NCBI RefSeq assembly: GCF_009914755.1
Contig: NC_060926.1
DNA from: the human T2T-CHM13v2.0 reference genome, Homo sapiens
Reading direction: 5' to 3' (one strand)
DNA: 64,000 nt
Shown piece by piece: positions 13,371 through 26,971 of the stretch (positions are counted from its first letter, which is position 1; each line of letters begins with the position of its first letter). The position numbers and the translations under genes are program-made. The notes below the pieces were generated by a model that worked only from the letters and a program-made list of their open reading frames with translations, searched no databases and was not told the DNA's origin.

Positions 13371-13604
13371 GACAGTGAAGCAGCATAAAATTAAACACCC
13401 CCTTGTATGATTCCCGGAATAAGCTCACCCTCCTCCACCACCATTTCAACCTTTGGATCCATTTCTAAGACATAGCACTGAGCAGTTTAATTGCACAATC
13501 AGAAAACATCTGCTGAACACTTACAAGGTGCCCAAATTACAAATGATCTTCATGTCATTTTAGGGAGTTTGTATAGTACATTCCCTTTTAAAAAGAATAG
13601 AACC

Positions 13605-13972
13605 TATCTTAGTCTGCTTGGACTGCCATATCAAAGTATCATAGGCTGTGTTTAAATAAGAGACATTTATTTATCACAGTTCTGGAAGCTGGAAAACAGA
13701 TCAGAATGCCCGCATGGACTGGTTCTGGTGAGGGCTCTCTTCCTGGTTTGCAGGCAGCTGCCTTCTTGCTATGTCCTCACATGGCAGAGAGAGACAGGAG
13801 GAAAGTTCTCAGGTGTCTCTTCTTAGAAGAACACAAATCCCATTATGCGGGCACAGCCCTCATGATTTCATCTACACCTGATTATCTCCCAAAGGCTCTA
13901 CTTCCAAATTCCATCACATTGAGGGTGAAGACTTCAACATAGCAACTTTGGGGGATGCAATTTGGTCTGTAG
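13605..13972 (-). mobile_element. MLT1A0-type MaLR LTR
   Basis: 'tcttagtctgcttggactgccata...cacagttctggaagctgg...ggttctggtgagggctctcttcctgg...ttcaacatag'. Confidence 0.82.
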
Positions 13973-14599
13973 AAGATCCCATGAAGATTTAAGTTGCGCA
14001 GATTGGATTTTGTAAAAGCCACTCTGGTGTCTGTGGGGAAGAATGTTAAGAAGACCAGAGGCAAAGGAACTTTGGATATGGGGCTGAGGAGTAGGAGGGC
14101 ATTGCACAGTCAGAAATATTTAAGGAAAAATATCCAAAGCACTTAGTAGCCAATTAAAAATTTGATGTGTTACAAGGATATAATATTTTATTGCATTAAC
14201 CTTTATTGCATTTCACAGATATCACATTTTTTATGAATTGAAGTTTTGTGGCAACCCCACATTGAGAAAGTCCGTTGAAGCCATGTTTTCCAACAGCATA
14301 TGCTCATTTCATGTTTCTGCATCACATTTTGGCAACTTTCACAATATTTTAAAATTTTTGATTATTGTTATCTCCGTTATGTTGATCTGTGATCAGTGAT
14401 CTTCAATGTTACTATTGTTAATTGTTTGGGGGGACCAAAAGTGAGGCCCATGTAAGACAGAGAACTTAATTGATAAATGTTGTGTGTGTTCTGACCTGCT
14501 CCACAGAATGGCTGTGTCCCCATCTCTCTCCCTCTTCTCATACCTCCCTATTTCCTGAGACACAATAGTATTGAATTTAGACCAATCAATAACCCAAAA

Positions 14600-15970
14600 A
14601 TGGCCTTTAAGTGTCCAAGCAAAAGAAAGAGTTGTACATATCTTACTTAAAAACTAGAAATGATTAAGCTTAGTGAGGAAGGTATGTTCAAACTGAGATA
14701 GGCTAAAAGCTAGGCTCTTGCACTAAACACTTTGCCAAGTTGTGTATACAAAGGAAAAGTTTTTGAAGGAAATTAAAATGCTACTCCAGTGAACACACAA
14801 ATAATAAGATAGCAAAACAAACTTCTTGCTGATGTGAAGAAAGTTTTAGTGGTCTGGACAGAAGATCAAAGGAGCCACAACATTCCCTTATGCCATAGCC
14901 TAATCCAGAGCAAGGCCCTAACTCTCTTCAATTTCATAAAGTCTGAGAAAGGTGAGGAAGCTGCCAAAGAATAGCTTGGAGCTAACAGAGTTTAGTTCAT
15001 GAGGTTTAAGGAAAGAAGCCATCTCCAGAACATAAAAGTTCAAGGTAAAGCAGCAATTGCTGATGGAGAATCTGCAGCAAGTTATCCAGAAGATCTAGCT
15101 AAGATCACTGGAAAAGGTGGCTACACCTAACAACAGATGTTTAACATAGACAAAATGCCTTCTATTAGAAGAAGATGCCATTTAGAACTTCTATACCTAG
15201 ACAAGAGAAGTCAATGCCTGGCTTCAAAGCTTCACAAGATAAGCTGACTCTCCTGTTAAAAGGTAATGCATTCAAGTTGACCAATGAGCCATAAGAAAAG
15301 AGCTAATGCAACTGGCGACTTTCAGTTTGAAGCCAATGATCGTTTATCAATTCAAAAATGCTGGGGATTTTAAGAATTATAATAAATCAATTCTGCCTGT
15401 GCTCTAGAAATGGAACTCTGAAACCTTGATGATAACACCTCTGTTTTCAGCATGGTTTACTGAATATTTTCTGCCCACTGTTGAGATGTACTGCTCCAAA
15501 AAAAGAAAAAAAGAGAAAAGATTCCTTTCCAAATATTACTGGACATTGACAATGTGCTTGGCTGCCCAAGAGCTCTGATGAAAATGTACAAAGAGACTAA
15601 TGTTGTTTTCCTGCCTGCTAACACAATATCCATTCTGCAGCCCACGGGGTCAAGGAGTAATTTCAACTTTCAAGTCTTATTATTTAAGGATTACATTTTG
15701 TAAGGTTGCCATAGTGATTCCCATGATGAATATGGGCTAAGTAAATTGAAAACCTTCGGGAAAAGATTCACCACTCTAGATACCATTAAGAACATTTGTG
15801 ATTCATGGGAGGAAGTCAAAATATCAAGATTAGTAGGAGTTTGCAAGAAGTTTATTCCTATCCTCATGGATGACTTTGAGGAGTTCAAGACTTCAGTGAA
15901 GGTAACTGCAGATGTGGTAGGAACAGCAAGATAATTAAAATTAGAAGTGGAGCTTGAGATGTGACTCAAT
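14600..15970 (+). pseudogene. Decayed Tigger1 transposase (CENP-B HTH / DDE, TIGD1-like)
   Basis: ATG GCC TTT AAG at 14600; ORF 15746-15934 KTFGKRFTTLDTIKNICDSWEEVKIS... matches the transposase C-terminal part; many stops and frameshifts; end approximate. Confidence 0.85.
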
Positions 15971-16481
15971 TGCTGCAATCTCTTGATAAAACCTGAATAA
16001 ATTAGGAGTTGTTTCTTATGGATGAGTAAAGAAAGAGGTTCCTTGGGATGGAAACTACTCCTGATGAAGATGCTGTCAACATCATTGAAATGACAACAAA
16101 GGATTTAGAATATTACATAAATGTAGTTAATAAGCTACATTTGAGGGTTTGAGAGGATTGACTCCAGTTTTGAAAGAAGTTCTACTGTGGATGAAATGCT
16201 ATCGAACAGCATTACCTGCTACAGATAACTTTTGTATGAAAGGGGGAAAAAAAAAAAAACAAAAAAACTACTGATGCGTTAAACTTTACTGTTGCCTTAT
16301 TTTAAGGAATTGCCATTTTAAGAAATTACCCCAATCTTCAGCAGCTACCATATTGGTCAGGTAGCAGCCATTAATATTGAGGCAAGATGCTCCACCAGCA
16401 AAAAATTACAGCTCACTGAAGGCTCAGATTTAGTTAGCAAGTTTCAGCAATAAAGTATTTAATTAAGATATGTCCATTTTT

Positions 16482-16762
16482 GACCATGACTCAGGCTGTG
16501 GCTCATGCCTGTAATCCCAGCACTTTGGGAGACCAAGGCAGGAGGATCACTTGAGGTCAGAAGTTCAAGAGAAGCCTGGCCAACATGGAGAAACCCCATC
16601 TCTACTAAAAATACAAAAATTAGCCGGGTATGGTGGTGCATGCCTGTAATCCCAGCTACTCAGGAGTCTGAGGCAGGAGAATTCCTTGAACCCAGGAGGT
16701 GGAGGCTGCAGTGAGCCAAGATCATGCTGACAGAGGGAGACTCCATCTCAAAAAAAAAAAAA
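16482..16762 (+). mobile_element. AluS inside Tigger1
   Basis: Dimeric Alu with A tail; TSD aagatatgtcca at 16465-76 and 16763-74; about 20-bp deletion in the right arm; divergent 5' end. Confidence 0.93.
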
Positions 16763-18644
16763 AAGATATGTCCACTTTTTTAGACATGATGCTACTGCGT
16801 GTTTAATAGACTACAACATCGTTGCAATATTCATTTTGCTGCAGTGGTCTAGAACCAAACATGCAGCATCTCCGAGGTATGGCTGTATGAACGGACGTGT
16901 ATGGTGGGGGAAGGGGAGGGTTAATTTGTGTAGAGATAAAGACACACAATTAATTTCACGGAATTAAACTGGATTCAAATTAGGAGGTGGCTTCACTGTT
17001 TTTTGTCTCTTTTCTGGTATGATGGAAGTGGCCAATGAGGCCAAATGCAGACTCTGATTCTGGACTGGGCCAGAACCTGAGGACTCTGAACTTCTCACTC
17101 TGCATTTGTGAGAAGTTTCTAAATAATGCCAAGATGCTGGGCCTCAGACTTGCTAGTTTGAGCAGCAAAGGCACCGTAGGTGGAAAAGGAGCCCTGGTCA
17201 AAATATCTTCAAGTATCCCTGGTGCTCCCCATGTGGTTGTAACCCTCTCCAGGATGCTGTGTGTGCTGGAAAACAAAAATGCTCTCTCTGGTCCTGGGCC
17301 TCAGTTTCTTCATTTGCACAGGTAAGGATTGGAAGGGGCTTCATGGTTACTTCTAGCTTTTTTGATTGTGTGACCTCAATTCTAATGGTCTTTGTTCCAG
17401 GTAGCAGGGGAAGGAAAGTCAACCGTAGTCAGTCCATAGCATCAGGACCCAGGAGCATGCTATATGCCACCCGGCTTGTAAAATGCCTTCTTTTTAAAGG
17501 GACACTTGGTATTAAAGCTAGCTTTAAAAACAGGCCAGTAAGACATCAGTTTATTACAATTAAGTAGGTTTCAAAATCAGACTTTTCTTTGAAATTCTTC
17601 CTTCCTTGTACTTCCTCAGTGCACAGGGAAGAGAAGCCGGTCCTGGCAAGTAGGTCACTAGGGCTGTGTGTAATGAGTGCCTCTTTCAAGATTTCAAGTG
17701 TGGGCTGACTTGGGGCTTTGATGTTCCCGTTGGGGAGGTTAACCTTTGTATTACACGTGGTAGGTGAGTTTTTATAACTGGAAGGACCCTTAGGAATTAT
17801 AAAACCCTTTGATTCATAAAAGCTATTTTGACTCCTCACTTCTTTAAAATAATTTGCCTACGGGGTCCAAATTATGGGGTCCTCATCACCCAGTAAATTA
17901 GTTGTCATTCTAATCAATTCCCTTTATGCTCACCCAGAATCCATTGAGGAGGAGGTGTAAAAGTAGGCCAAGTTCACTGTGTGTAATTTATTTGGTGTCA
18001 AGAAAATAAATCGTCACATAGCAGAATTTATACAAAGTACATGATTCATACCCACAAACTTGTGCTTTTAATTGGAAATGTGCTGTTGGCAATGCAAATT
18101 ATGGGTGACTGGATTTCTAGGGCTACTATCAAACCCAGGCTGAAAAGCGGGAGTAACACCCCATGGTTCAGAGCATACACTGAGATGCCTTCCTGAGCCA
18201 TGGGACTCCAGATTTTAGGTGATGCTCAAACCCCCAAGTCCAAGAGAGGTAAACACAGCTGCTGTTCATGTGAGTTTACATGATTTCCACCCCCTTCCAG
18301 GCAACCCCATTCTATCCCGTGTTTTTATTGATGTGGCCTCTCCCTCAGGGTGATGTTACAAATTGCTCTCATGAGCAATTTAGCTATAACGTGCAGGTAA
18401 GCATTCTCAGAGTTAGTAAACTGGACAAGTTGAGCCTTCCAGAAGGCTCTGGAAGCCCCCACAAATGGAGTCTTGAATTCAGAATTGCAGATGGAGCTGG
18501 CAAGTCCACAGGAAACATCCCCCGAAGGGGGAAAGAGCAGGAGGGAGAGATTTCATACAAAAACAATGACCCCTTCCAGACAGGCTCCTACCACTCTGCT
18601 TAACCAGATTCCAACATTACTGTTGCCAGACAAAAAGTAATGGC

Positions 18645-18870
18645 AACAATAGATACCACATGAGCATCTACCCTATGCTGGCATAGAGGAGGTTGTACAC
18701 ACGTGGCCTCATCCATCTCCAGCCTCACAACACTCCTATGAGGTGGTTAGCACTCGACTCCTTGAATACCTGAAATGCTCAAGATTCAAAAGCATGAAAT
18801 GGTTCGGTCGAGGGTTAGAAAGTGGTGGAAAGGGAACTGAAACCAGGTCTGCCCGGCTCCAAACCCTATG
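18645..18870 (-). mobile_element. MIR
   Basis: 'cctcacaacactcctatgaggtgg...gaactgaaaccaggtctgcccggctccaaa'. Confidence 0.6.
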
Positions 18871-19176
18871 CTCCTCCCACTGGGCTGGGCTGTCCACACC
18901 TCAGTCCTGTCCTCTGCATTGCTCCTTCCTTCACGGTAGCTCTGCTCTTCCTTCCAAGGGAGGAAGCAGACAGCTTCCTGGACCAAGCAGCACAGAGTGA
19001 CCTCCCTAGGGTGCACCTCCACTGCTTGGAGACGTTTCCATGCCTTGGCTCAGCTCTGAGGATGGCTGCCCGGTTACCTAATGGAGCAGGGAGTTAGACC
19101 CCTTAGGCCAGGGCAGATTTCTCTTCATTTCTGGCCCAACTCACCTTGTCTTAAAAGGATGAGAAATAGTAACCAA

Positions 19177-19431
<255 letters not shown>

Positions 19432-20842
19432 AGAAATAGTAACCAAAAAAGGGAATTGATGAAGGTATTTTTAAGAGAAAGCAATAGGCTTCACGGTCCG
19501 GTATAACAGTTGTCTTGGAATATTTTATGGTAATCACATGATGCATCTTCCCCCAATACTTCCCCAAGCACATACATCTCAAAACAATCTCTATTTGGAA
19601 AAAGAGTAGTTATAAGCCCTTTGCACCCTAATATACCAGATGGTAGAAAGAATAAGAGAAACTAAACGAAAAAAACAAAACAAAACAAAAACCTTAACGT
19701 GTCTTAAGAAAACAGCCTGAGAAGCAGTGTGTCTGATGTTATAGTGGCGGCTTCAAGGATCATAAGAAAATAAATCAATTTGCAGCAGCTGTGGGCTACC
19801 AGGTAAGTCCAAAGCACAGAGCTAGAGTCATGTTAAGGAAAGGAAAAAATATTTGGTTGTAAATCCACAACTTTAGATCCCGAAACTCCCAAGGTTTCCT
19901 GTCATCCTTGCTACCCGCCTACAGCCCATCTCTGCAGCCCATCTTTCCTGACTCCAGTTCTTCTTTTCATTATCAAATTATTAAAAGGTAATGTGTGCAC
20001 AGAGTGAAGCTGCATCCAGCTCACTTTGTCCACCTTCCCCAAGCTTCCCATCATTCTCCTTCCAATTCTGAACAGAAAGCAGGCAAGGAGCAGAGTTGAG
20101 ATGTGGAACCAGCATGCCTTTCCCTCAGGCGGCCTTTGTTCCAAATACATCGTATAAGATTTGAGCAAAGCAAATATGTTTTCATGCCATGCTTGCAATT
20201 TACCTGATTTTTCATAGTAGAGAAGGTATATTAAGGGGCCTCTCTGAGGCTGTTGCTGCGCAGGTTTCTTGCTCTGTCATTTCAGGACAGCTGTTCTCAT
20301 CGTTTCATGGAGACTGGATGTGTCTAGGCCCCAAACCCAAGCTTCCTCTAAGAATACTGCCAGTGTTTGCAGACAGCCTCCTCCAAGGCTGGGAAACAAA
20401 AGACAAGGAAGTGATATGAAACCACCTCTGTTACAATGATGTCCGTGCCTCTGAAATGCGTCCACGCAGAGGATCGCGCAGAGGCAGAAGGAGGCTTGGC
20501 GGGTGTGAAGGAAGAATGCAGGATGAGGACACTACATGGAGCCTGGAAAACTGACTCTGCTCAGGGCAGTCGCAGGGGGTGGCTTCAGACACAGGTTCTC
20601 CCTGGTGAGCTCAGTGTGCGCTTAAAACAGCAAAGCAGAAGGCCCGGAGCCATGGAGAAGAGATATTGGACAAGACAAAGAAAACAAACCAACAGGCAAA
20701 AACTTCAATCCTGCTCTGTCGAATCTGAGGCTATATACATGGAGGCTGGAAAAGGGAGCAGAGGAGCTCACAGTGAGAAGGGAACCAATGTTTATTCCAG
20801 CTTTGGTGCCTCCCTAACTTCGTGTGTTATGCGCCAGACATG

Positions 20843-20930
20843 GTAGATAGACAGATAGATATACAGTCAGACAGACGGACAGATAGTTAGATAAAAAGAA
20901 AGATAGATAGATGCAAGATTTATAGATAAA
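20843..20930. repeat. Degenerate (GATA/GACA)n tetranucleotide repeat, within a minus-strand MIR
   Basis: tagatagacagatagat...gatagatagat; MIR core 'ccccaatttacagata' follows. Confidence 0.7.
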
Positions 20931-22861
20931 TCTTATTTAACTTCTATTTAACAAACTTGGAAGGTGAGTATTAGCCCCAATTTACAGATAAAAAAACAGA
21001 AATGCAGGAGGTTGAACAGAAGAGCCCAGGAAATAGAGTGATTCCATGGTGCGCTGGGTTGAAGGGCTGCCTGAGCCATTTAGACGCGGGCTGGGTCATG
21101 TGGGTGTGTCCTTATCTACCCAGTGCTGTGGGAGGAGCATCTTTCCCTCCCCTGCGAATCCCTGCCAAGCTTCCAAGACCCCTCTCCAAAGCAGCTCCAG
21201 GCTTCCTCCAGTCCCCACTACCAACTAGAAAGAAATGCCCACACCCGCTACACGCTGAAGCAAACTTCTGAATTGTCTGGGCCTTCTGAACCTTCTGGAA
21301 CTCTGGCTTGCCCACAAGGCTATCTCTCCCTGACCTACACGCAGCTGCAGGGCAGCACTTGCTCTGCGCTGAACACACATGGAGCTCTCTGGAAGCATGG
21401 ACGGAATCCTCTTCCCAACATACCATTCTTCCACGTGACATGGAACAACAAGAAAATGATATAAAGCAAATCCGGGCCCACATCGCAAGATCCCAAAAGG
21501 CAGGAGGAACAGGTTGTCATTTCTTCCGAGAGTTCCCCTGTTTCAGTTTTCCCCACGCCTCTCCCAGCAGTGGAGGGCTTGTTTCCTTGTTCCTGAATCC
21601 CTGCTTTCTGAATCTATGTGAGTTCACCTGGGCACTGGAAGGAATGAAAGAAAACAGAGTCCCTGCCTGATTCAGGGAAATCTGGAAATTTCTTTTATTG
21701 ATAACAAGCATAAGAACGACATCATTTGGCTGTGTTTGTACTGCTTGAAAACATTTTGCTCAGATTAGCTGTAAAAATTTCAACACCAACTGCATCGTCT
21801 ATCAGAGATAGGGAAGATAAGGCGGCTCTCAAATCAGCCAGCCTTTGAGAGTTGGAAAGAACTTTGATTAAACAAAGGGAATGTCACAATGTTTCCTGAG
21901 CCACAGACTGAAATCCCATTGTCCGGTGAAAAAACGCATTCAGCACAGCCCTGCTCTTTGCCTTCAGACGTGCCTTTCCCTGTGAAGCACATTCTGACCG
22001 TGAACCTAACGAGAAATCCACAACTGTGACTAATTGTTTTCAGTCCTCATTGATTGTCAAGACTCCTGACAAAATTCTCAGAAATAGAAACTAAAATTGC
22101 TGCATATGCAAGACTTTCTCAGTGTGTCTGAGAATGCTCCCAATACAAGCCCCCTTTCTCATCTGGCTAGAGAGCTCCTCGGGGAGCAGGCACACTGCAC
22201 AGAGCCCCAGAATAACCACAACGACAATTTCCTCCAGGATTAAACATTTCCTTGGTCAAGGCCAGAGGTAAATCTATGCCCCTGTGAGTGCACATAGAGG
22301 AAAACTGGAACCAACCAGGTAAAACTGGTTTTGTGAATGAATATGATTCACTGGTCCAGCTGTAAAACGAATCTCACAATGTGATTACACCATTCCAAAA
22401 CAGCTGAGACCATTAAAGTTCAAACTGGCAGACTTCTACTTCTTACTGAGGGAAGAGGAGAGAGCCAAGTTTTAAACAATTACAGTTTGTCACTATAAAA
22501 GGCATGCAGGTTGCAGTGAGAGAGTGTGTGTGTTTTCAGGTAGAAGAGCCTCCCTTTGTTGCCTTCAAAAGTTCTCTATGCTTTTTAAAAGCTCATCACA
22601 GGAAGGCAGGATTGGACACCACATGGAAATCAGAATCCTCCTTCACTGATCAACGGAAAATATCACCCTATTCCGAAGTTCAATGTAAGAACACTTTCTA
22701 AGAGACGCTCAGATTCGACGTTAGGACTCCCGAACATTGTGTAAACTTTTGAATATTCAACAAACCCTTGGTTTCAGTTACGAAAGCAGTCAGGATTCCA
22801 GATTGTCAGTTGTTGGTGGTCAGTAGTGAAAAAGAAAAAAGATCTACATATACATATATAA

Positions 22862-22976
22862 GTGTGTGTATAGATAGATACATACTTAACTACCTATCTA
22901 TCTATACACACAGTCACTAGTTAGTGACTTAACTAGATAGATATATAGTTAAGTATGTATGTATCTACACACACAC
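22862..22976. repeat. Nested inverted-repeat (palindrome) cluster
   Basis: 43-bp arms 22862-22904 / 22934-22976 (39/43 complementary); 18-bp perfect arms 22863-80 / 22895-912; 8-bp arms 22912-19 / 22922-29. Confidence 0.9.
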
Positions 22977-24853
22977 AGTCATACTTAAACTCAGAGATAA
23001 TCTATTTTAATAATAGTACTTTCCTTTTTCTATGAACGTGTTCATAAAGAGGAGGAATGCCAAAGAGGCTGAATCCCAACACTGATCCTTGCATGCCAGA
23101 GAGAAGGGCAAGGTACATTTATAGGAGATTTCCATTCCTGCTGCCTGGAATTCAACTAGAACATTTCATCATTATCTGAGAATTTTCATGTATGGGCCAG
23201 ACACTGGGTTTGCGAAAAAATACGTGCTGAAAATGCATACTTGGAATTCTATGAGGATATCTGTGAATCACAAGTTTCACTAAAACACTTAGTCCTACAA
23301 ATCATGTCTTCAGGGCATTCATTCCCCCTGCCCTGGTCGTGGATGGAAGGGTCTACCCAGGCATTGAGCAATGGGATGCTTCTGGCTGACACTGCTCAGG
23401 GGGACCTTCAGCTGCCTGAAGGGAGCCTCCTCACCTCAGAGCCCACCCAGGTCTATCCGTGAGAGGCACTGGGCAAGGGGCTGTGGGTGGAGAGGGGGTG
23501 CCTGGAAGGTAGATGGGGAGAGGAGAGTGGGTGGGAATCCACTGCTCCTCGCCATCCCTGGCGTAGCTATATTATTTATTTATTTTGTATAACAGGCTTT
23601 CCAATGGCAGGCCTTTTTTAGAAAAAAGAATTTCACGGTGTAACCAGGGTGAATTTTGGAATCTGCTGGGCTGGGTGGTTTTGTAAGCATTCGAGCTTAA
23701 ATCCGTTACTGATTCATTTTAGTGTTGCCTCTAGGTATTCTGCCTTCTGCTTTTCTTAAAGCATCTTAAAAAAAAAAAAAAAAAAAAGGCCCTTCTAACT
23801 ATGATAGTCACCAAGAATGAGATTTTCAAAAGCACCTTAATGTCCTTTGATGTGCAAAGGCGGGTTAGGTGTTGAGAGCTGTCTTGCAGGACAATTCCTG
23901 CTGTGGCCATAACCTATTTTAGAACCCACTGACCTATGTCCAAAGAAGAGTAGAGGATGCATTTATTGCTGGATCTTCTTTCCTATCTGCACTTGCCAAA
24001 AATTTCAAGAATGTATCATTCTGTAATCACCAAGTTTCATCATTTTCTCTCCAGACTTTTGTACCTTCTTAGTGGTCATTTTGACAAACCTTACACAGAT
24101 AAAATTATGCCACAGCTTATGAAATATATTATCTCATTCAATCTTCCATCTTATAAAAGGAAGTATCAACTATGTGGATCATTTCTCCTCCAAAATTATC
24201 ACCTTAAGTATGAAAAAATTAAAAAAAGAGAAAATAAAAATTGGAACAGAATCAGACTTATTTTCTGTTATAAACTGTTGTTACTAACAGGCTGCCCAGG
24301 CACTGCTCCAACCCGGTGAGAGGCTCTCTGATGAAGTAGCGTTTCTAAGTGGCATGGACAGGCAAGACCACGTGCACAGATACCCCTCCGTGATTTCAGT
24401 CACCACCTTGCTTTTGTTGGACATACATCCAATCTGATGCTTGTTTTGTTTAATATCGGTTTTTAACATCAGACTTTGTAAAAGGTACAACAAGAAATAA
24501 TGCAAATTCAGAATTTCTCCTTCCATAGATTGTCATCTATCCTCCCTCACTGATCCAGGAACAGAGTTACAAGCTACCATTATTTCCCTTTAAGAAGCTA
24601 AGTAGCTGAGCCACCAGACATTCACAGCCCTGTTTTCAGAAGTTCTCCCTCCCTGTGACGCAGCTGGAATGGGAGGCAGAGGGGATTCACGAGGTCCTTT
24701 CCTGAGACTTGGAAGCTTCCCGCCGTCAGGGTGTGGCTCATTTCTGGTCATCAGCTGCTGTTTCTGAGCAGATCCTATTAGGCTCCCAATGAAAAATGGG
24801 GTTCCTTATAGCTCACTCTCTACCAAGAAACAGCGAATCAGAGCATAATACGC

Positions 24854-25022
24854 AAATTGCTAATATGTCATTTTTACCATAACGTGTAGGTTTCTATTAT
24901 AAGTGAGGGAAGAAAAGCAGGAAAGGGTGGAGAAGGACATGAAGCATGAGACTCATCGCCCGTCTGTCCGAGGGTGTCATTTGCTCTTCCACATGCACAG
25001 GTGCAGACAAGCCCAGTCCCAG
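24854..25022 (+). repeat. 169-bp local direct duplication, copy 1 (partner 26972-27140)
   Basis: Ungapped by-eye alignment, about 148/169 identical. Confidence 0.92.
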
Positions 25023-25089
25023 AGGGTATGCAGTGCCTAGGATTTTGTATAATATCACTGCTACCCTTGGTAATGATCGTCGTGTTTAT

Positions 25090-25310
25090 GATACTCACTG
25101 AATACTTACTAAATACCAGGCACTGAGCTATTTATTTCTTTTAATACAACATTTATAAGCCCTGAGATGGCTTTGAGACAGATATTGTCATTTCTATTTT
25201 AAAGATTTAAAAACATGAATCTTAGAAGACCAACATCATTTGTCCAAGCTTCCATACCAAGCAGGCAGAACCCGGATTCGAACTCTGACCCATCTGACTC
25301 CAAACCAGTG
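25090..25310 (-). mobile_element. MIR
   Basis: 'ccaggcactgagcta...ggcagaacccggattcgaactc...ctgactccaaa'. Confidence 0.7.
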
Positions 25311-25644
25311 ACCCAGTTGCTTATTGTGGGACCTAGTTTACACTGTTATCTAAACAGTGAAAGTGCTGAGGAAGACACAGTAATCTAGTGCCAATGCCAA
25401 GCATGCCTTCAGACTCAGAGTTCTAATAAAATTGTGTACAAGGCTGCACTCCCTTTAAGGAGAAGGGAAAACCCTACTGTTCATAGCTTTTTCTGGTGAC
25501 ATTTACTTGTTTTACCTTTTGATAAAATCATTTGTCTTTTTTCTGGATCGTGTTTGCAAATAAATCCTTCAATGAAAAAATCCTTTCATCATTTCACATT
25601 CCCAGATCCTGAAGGCACCTGCATTCCAGCTCTTCAGGGAGGCA

Positions 25645-25680
25645 GGGGAGGACCCTGGGGAGGACCCTGGGGAGGACCCT
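25645..25680. repeat. 12-bp tandem repeat (GGGGAGGACCCT)x3
   Basis: Three perfect units. Confidence 0.9.
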
Positions 25681-25925
25681 GCACATTCCTGCCAGCTGTA
25701 TGGGCCCCTCCCCAAATGTTCAGCCGAAGAATTCACCTCTGAACAATTTACTAGGTCTCCCAAACAGCCTATTGTCTTTGTATTTGGAAAAACTAAATCC
25801 CCTCTAAAAACAACCTTCAGAGTAGTGTATTTTTATCTTAAAATTTGTCATGCTGATTTGCTCATTACTATAAAGTACCTGCAACACACTGCCTCTGGAA
25901 ATCATGTCATCCATTTCCCTTCTTT

Positions 25926-26235
<310 letters not shown>

Positions 26236-26417
26236 CCATTTCCCTTCTTTATAAAACATCCCACTAATTTCACAATCCCGTAATAGTATTTTTCAAATGA
26301 CAAACCAAGATCTGTTAGTGAGTCAGGAAATCAATTTAGTAGGTTGCAATCAGCTTTTCTAAATTAAATAGAATATGATATAGAATCATATAAAAAATAA
26401 CAGCATGTCATGTATGG

Positions 26418-26628
26418 TATTAGTTCTCAATCGGTGGTTAGTTTTCCCCCAAAGGAACATTGGCAATGTCTAGAGACACTGTTGTCCTAACTGGAGCAGA
26501 AGGGTTCCTGGTACCTGGTGGGTGGGGGTCAGAGATGCTGGTAAACATCCTACGGTTCACAGGACAGCACCTGCCACAGAGAATAATTCAGTCAAAGTTG
26601 TCAATAATGCTGAGATGAAGAAACTCTC
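26418..26628. mobile_element. MER20 (hAT-Charlie), apparently within an older Charlie-type remnant (about 26285-26760)
   Basis: 'ttggcaatgtctagagac...agagatgctggtaaacatcctac...cacaggacagc...gtcaataatgctgagatgaagaaac'. Confidence 0.8.
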
Positions 26629-26971
26629 ACCTATAGTAAGGGTAAGACTCATAAAGCTTTTGTTCTGTGACGTGTGTGTGTGTGTGTGTGAAGGTAATTT
26701 CATTTGTCTGAGACTTATCAGTTACTCACTAGTAAGTTAGCCATAAGAATGCCTCACCTTGGGTGGTTTTAAGAATGATTCTATGAAATAAGTCATGTGA
26801 CTAAACAACACACACACACACACACAAACACAAATTCCATCCACATAATATATGTTAATCCTTACCCACCCCCCACCCCCACCCTGCTTTTCTTCTGAAT
26901 GGTAAAATACCTAAAAAGGTGGCTGACACACAGCAGGTGTTCAAGAAATAAATATCTTGTCTGAAATTCCT

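Larger units (their letters stand above)
14173..16885 (+). mobile_element. Tigger1 DNA transposon (TcMar/pogo), near full length, with an Alu insertion
   Basis: TA dinucleotides at 14171-72 and 16886-87; right TIR 'ctccgaggtatggctg'; continuous match to Tigger1; about 2.4 kb without the Alu. Confidence 0.93.

Noticed and set aside
25270-25285. tRNA-like B box (ggattcgaac)
   Set aside because: It is the tRNA-derived head of a MIR, not a tRNA gene
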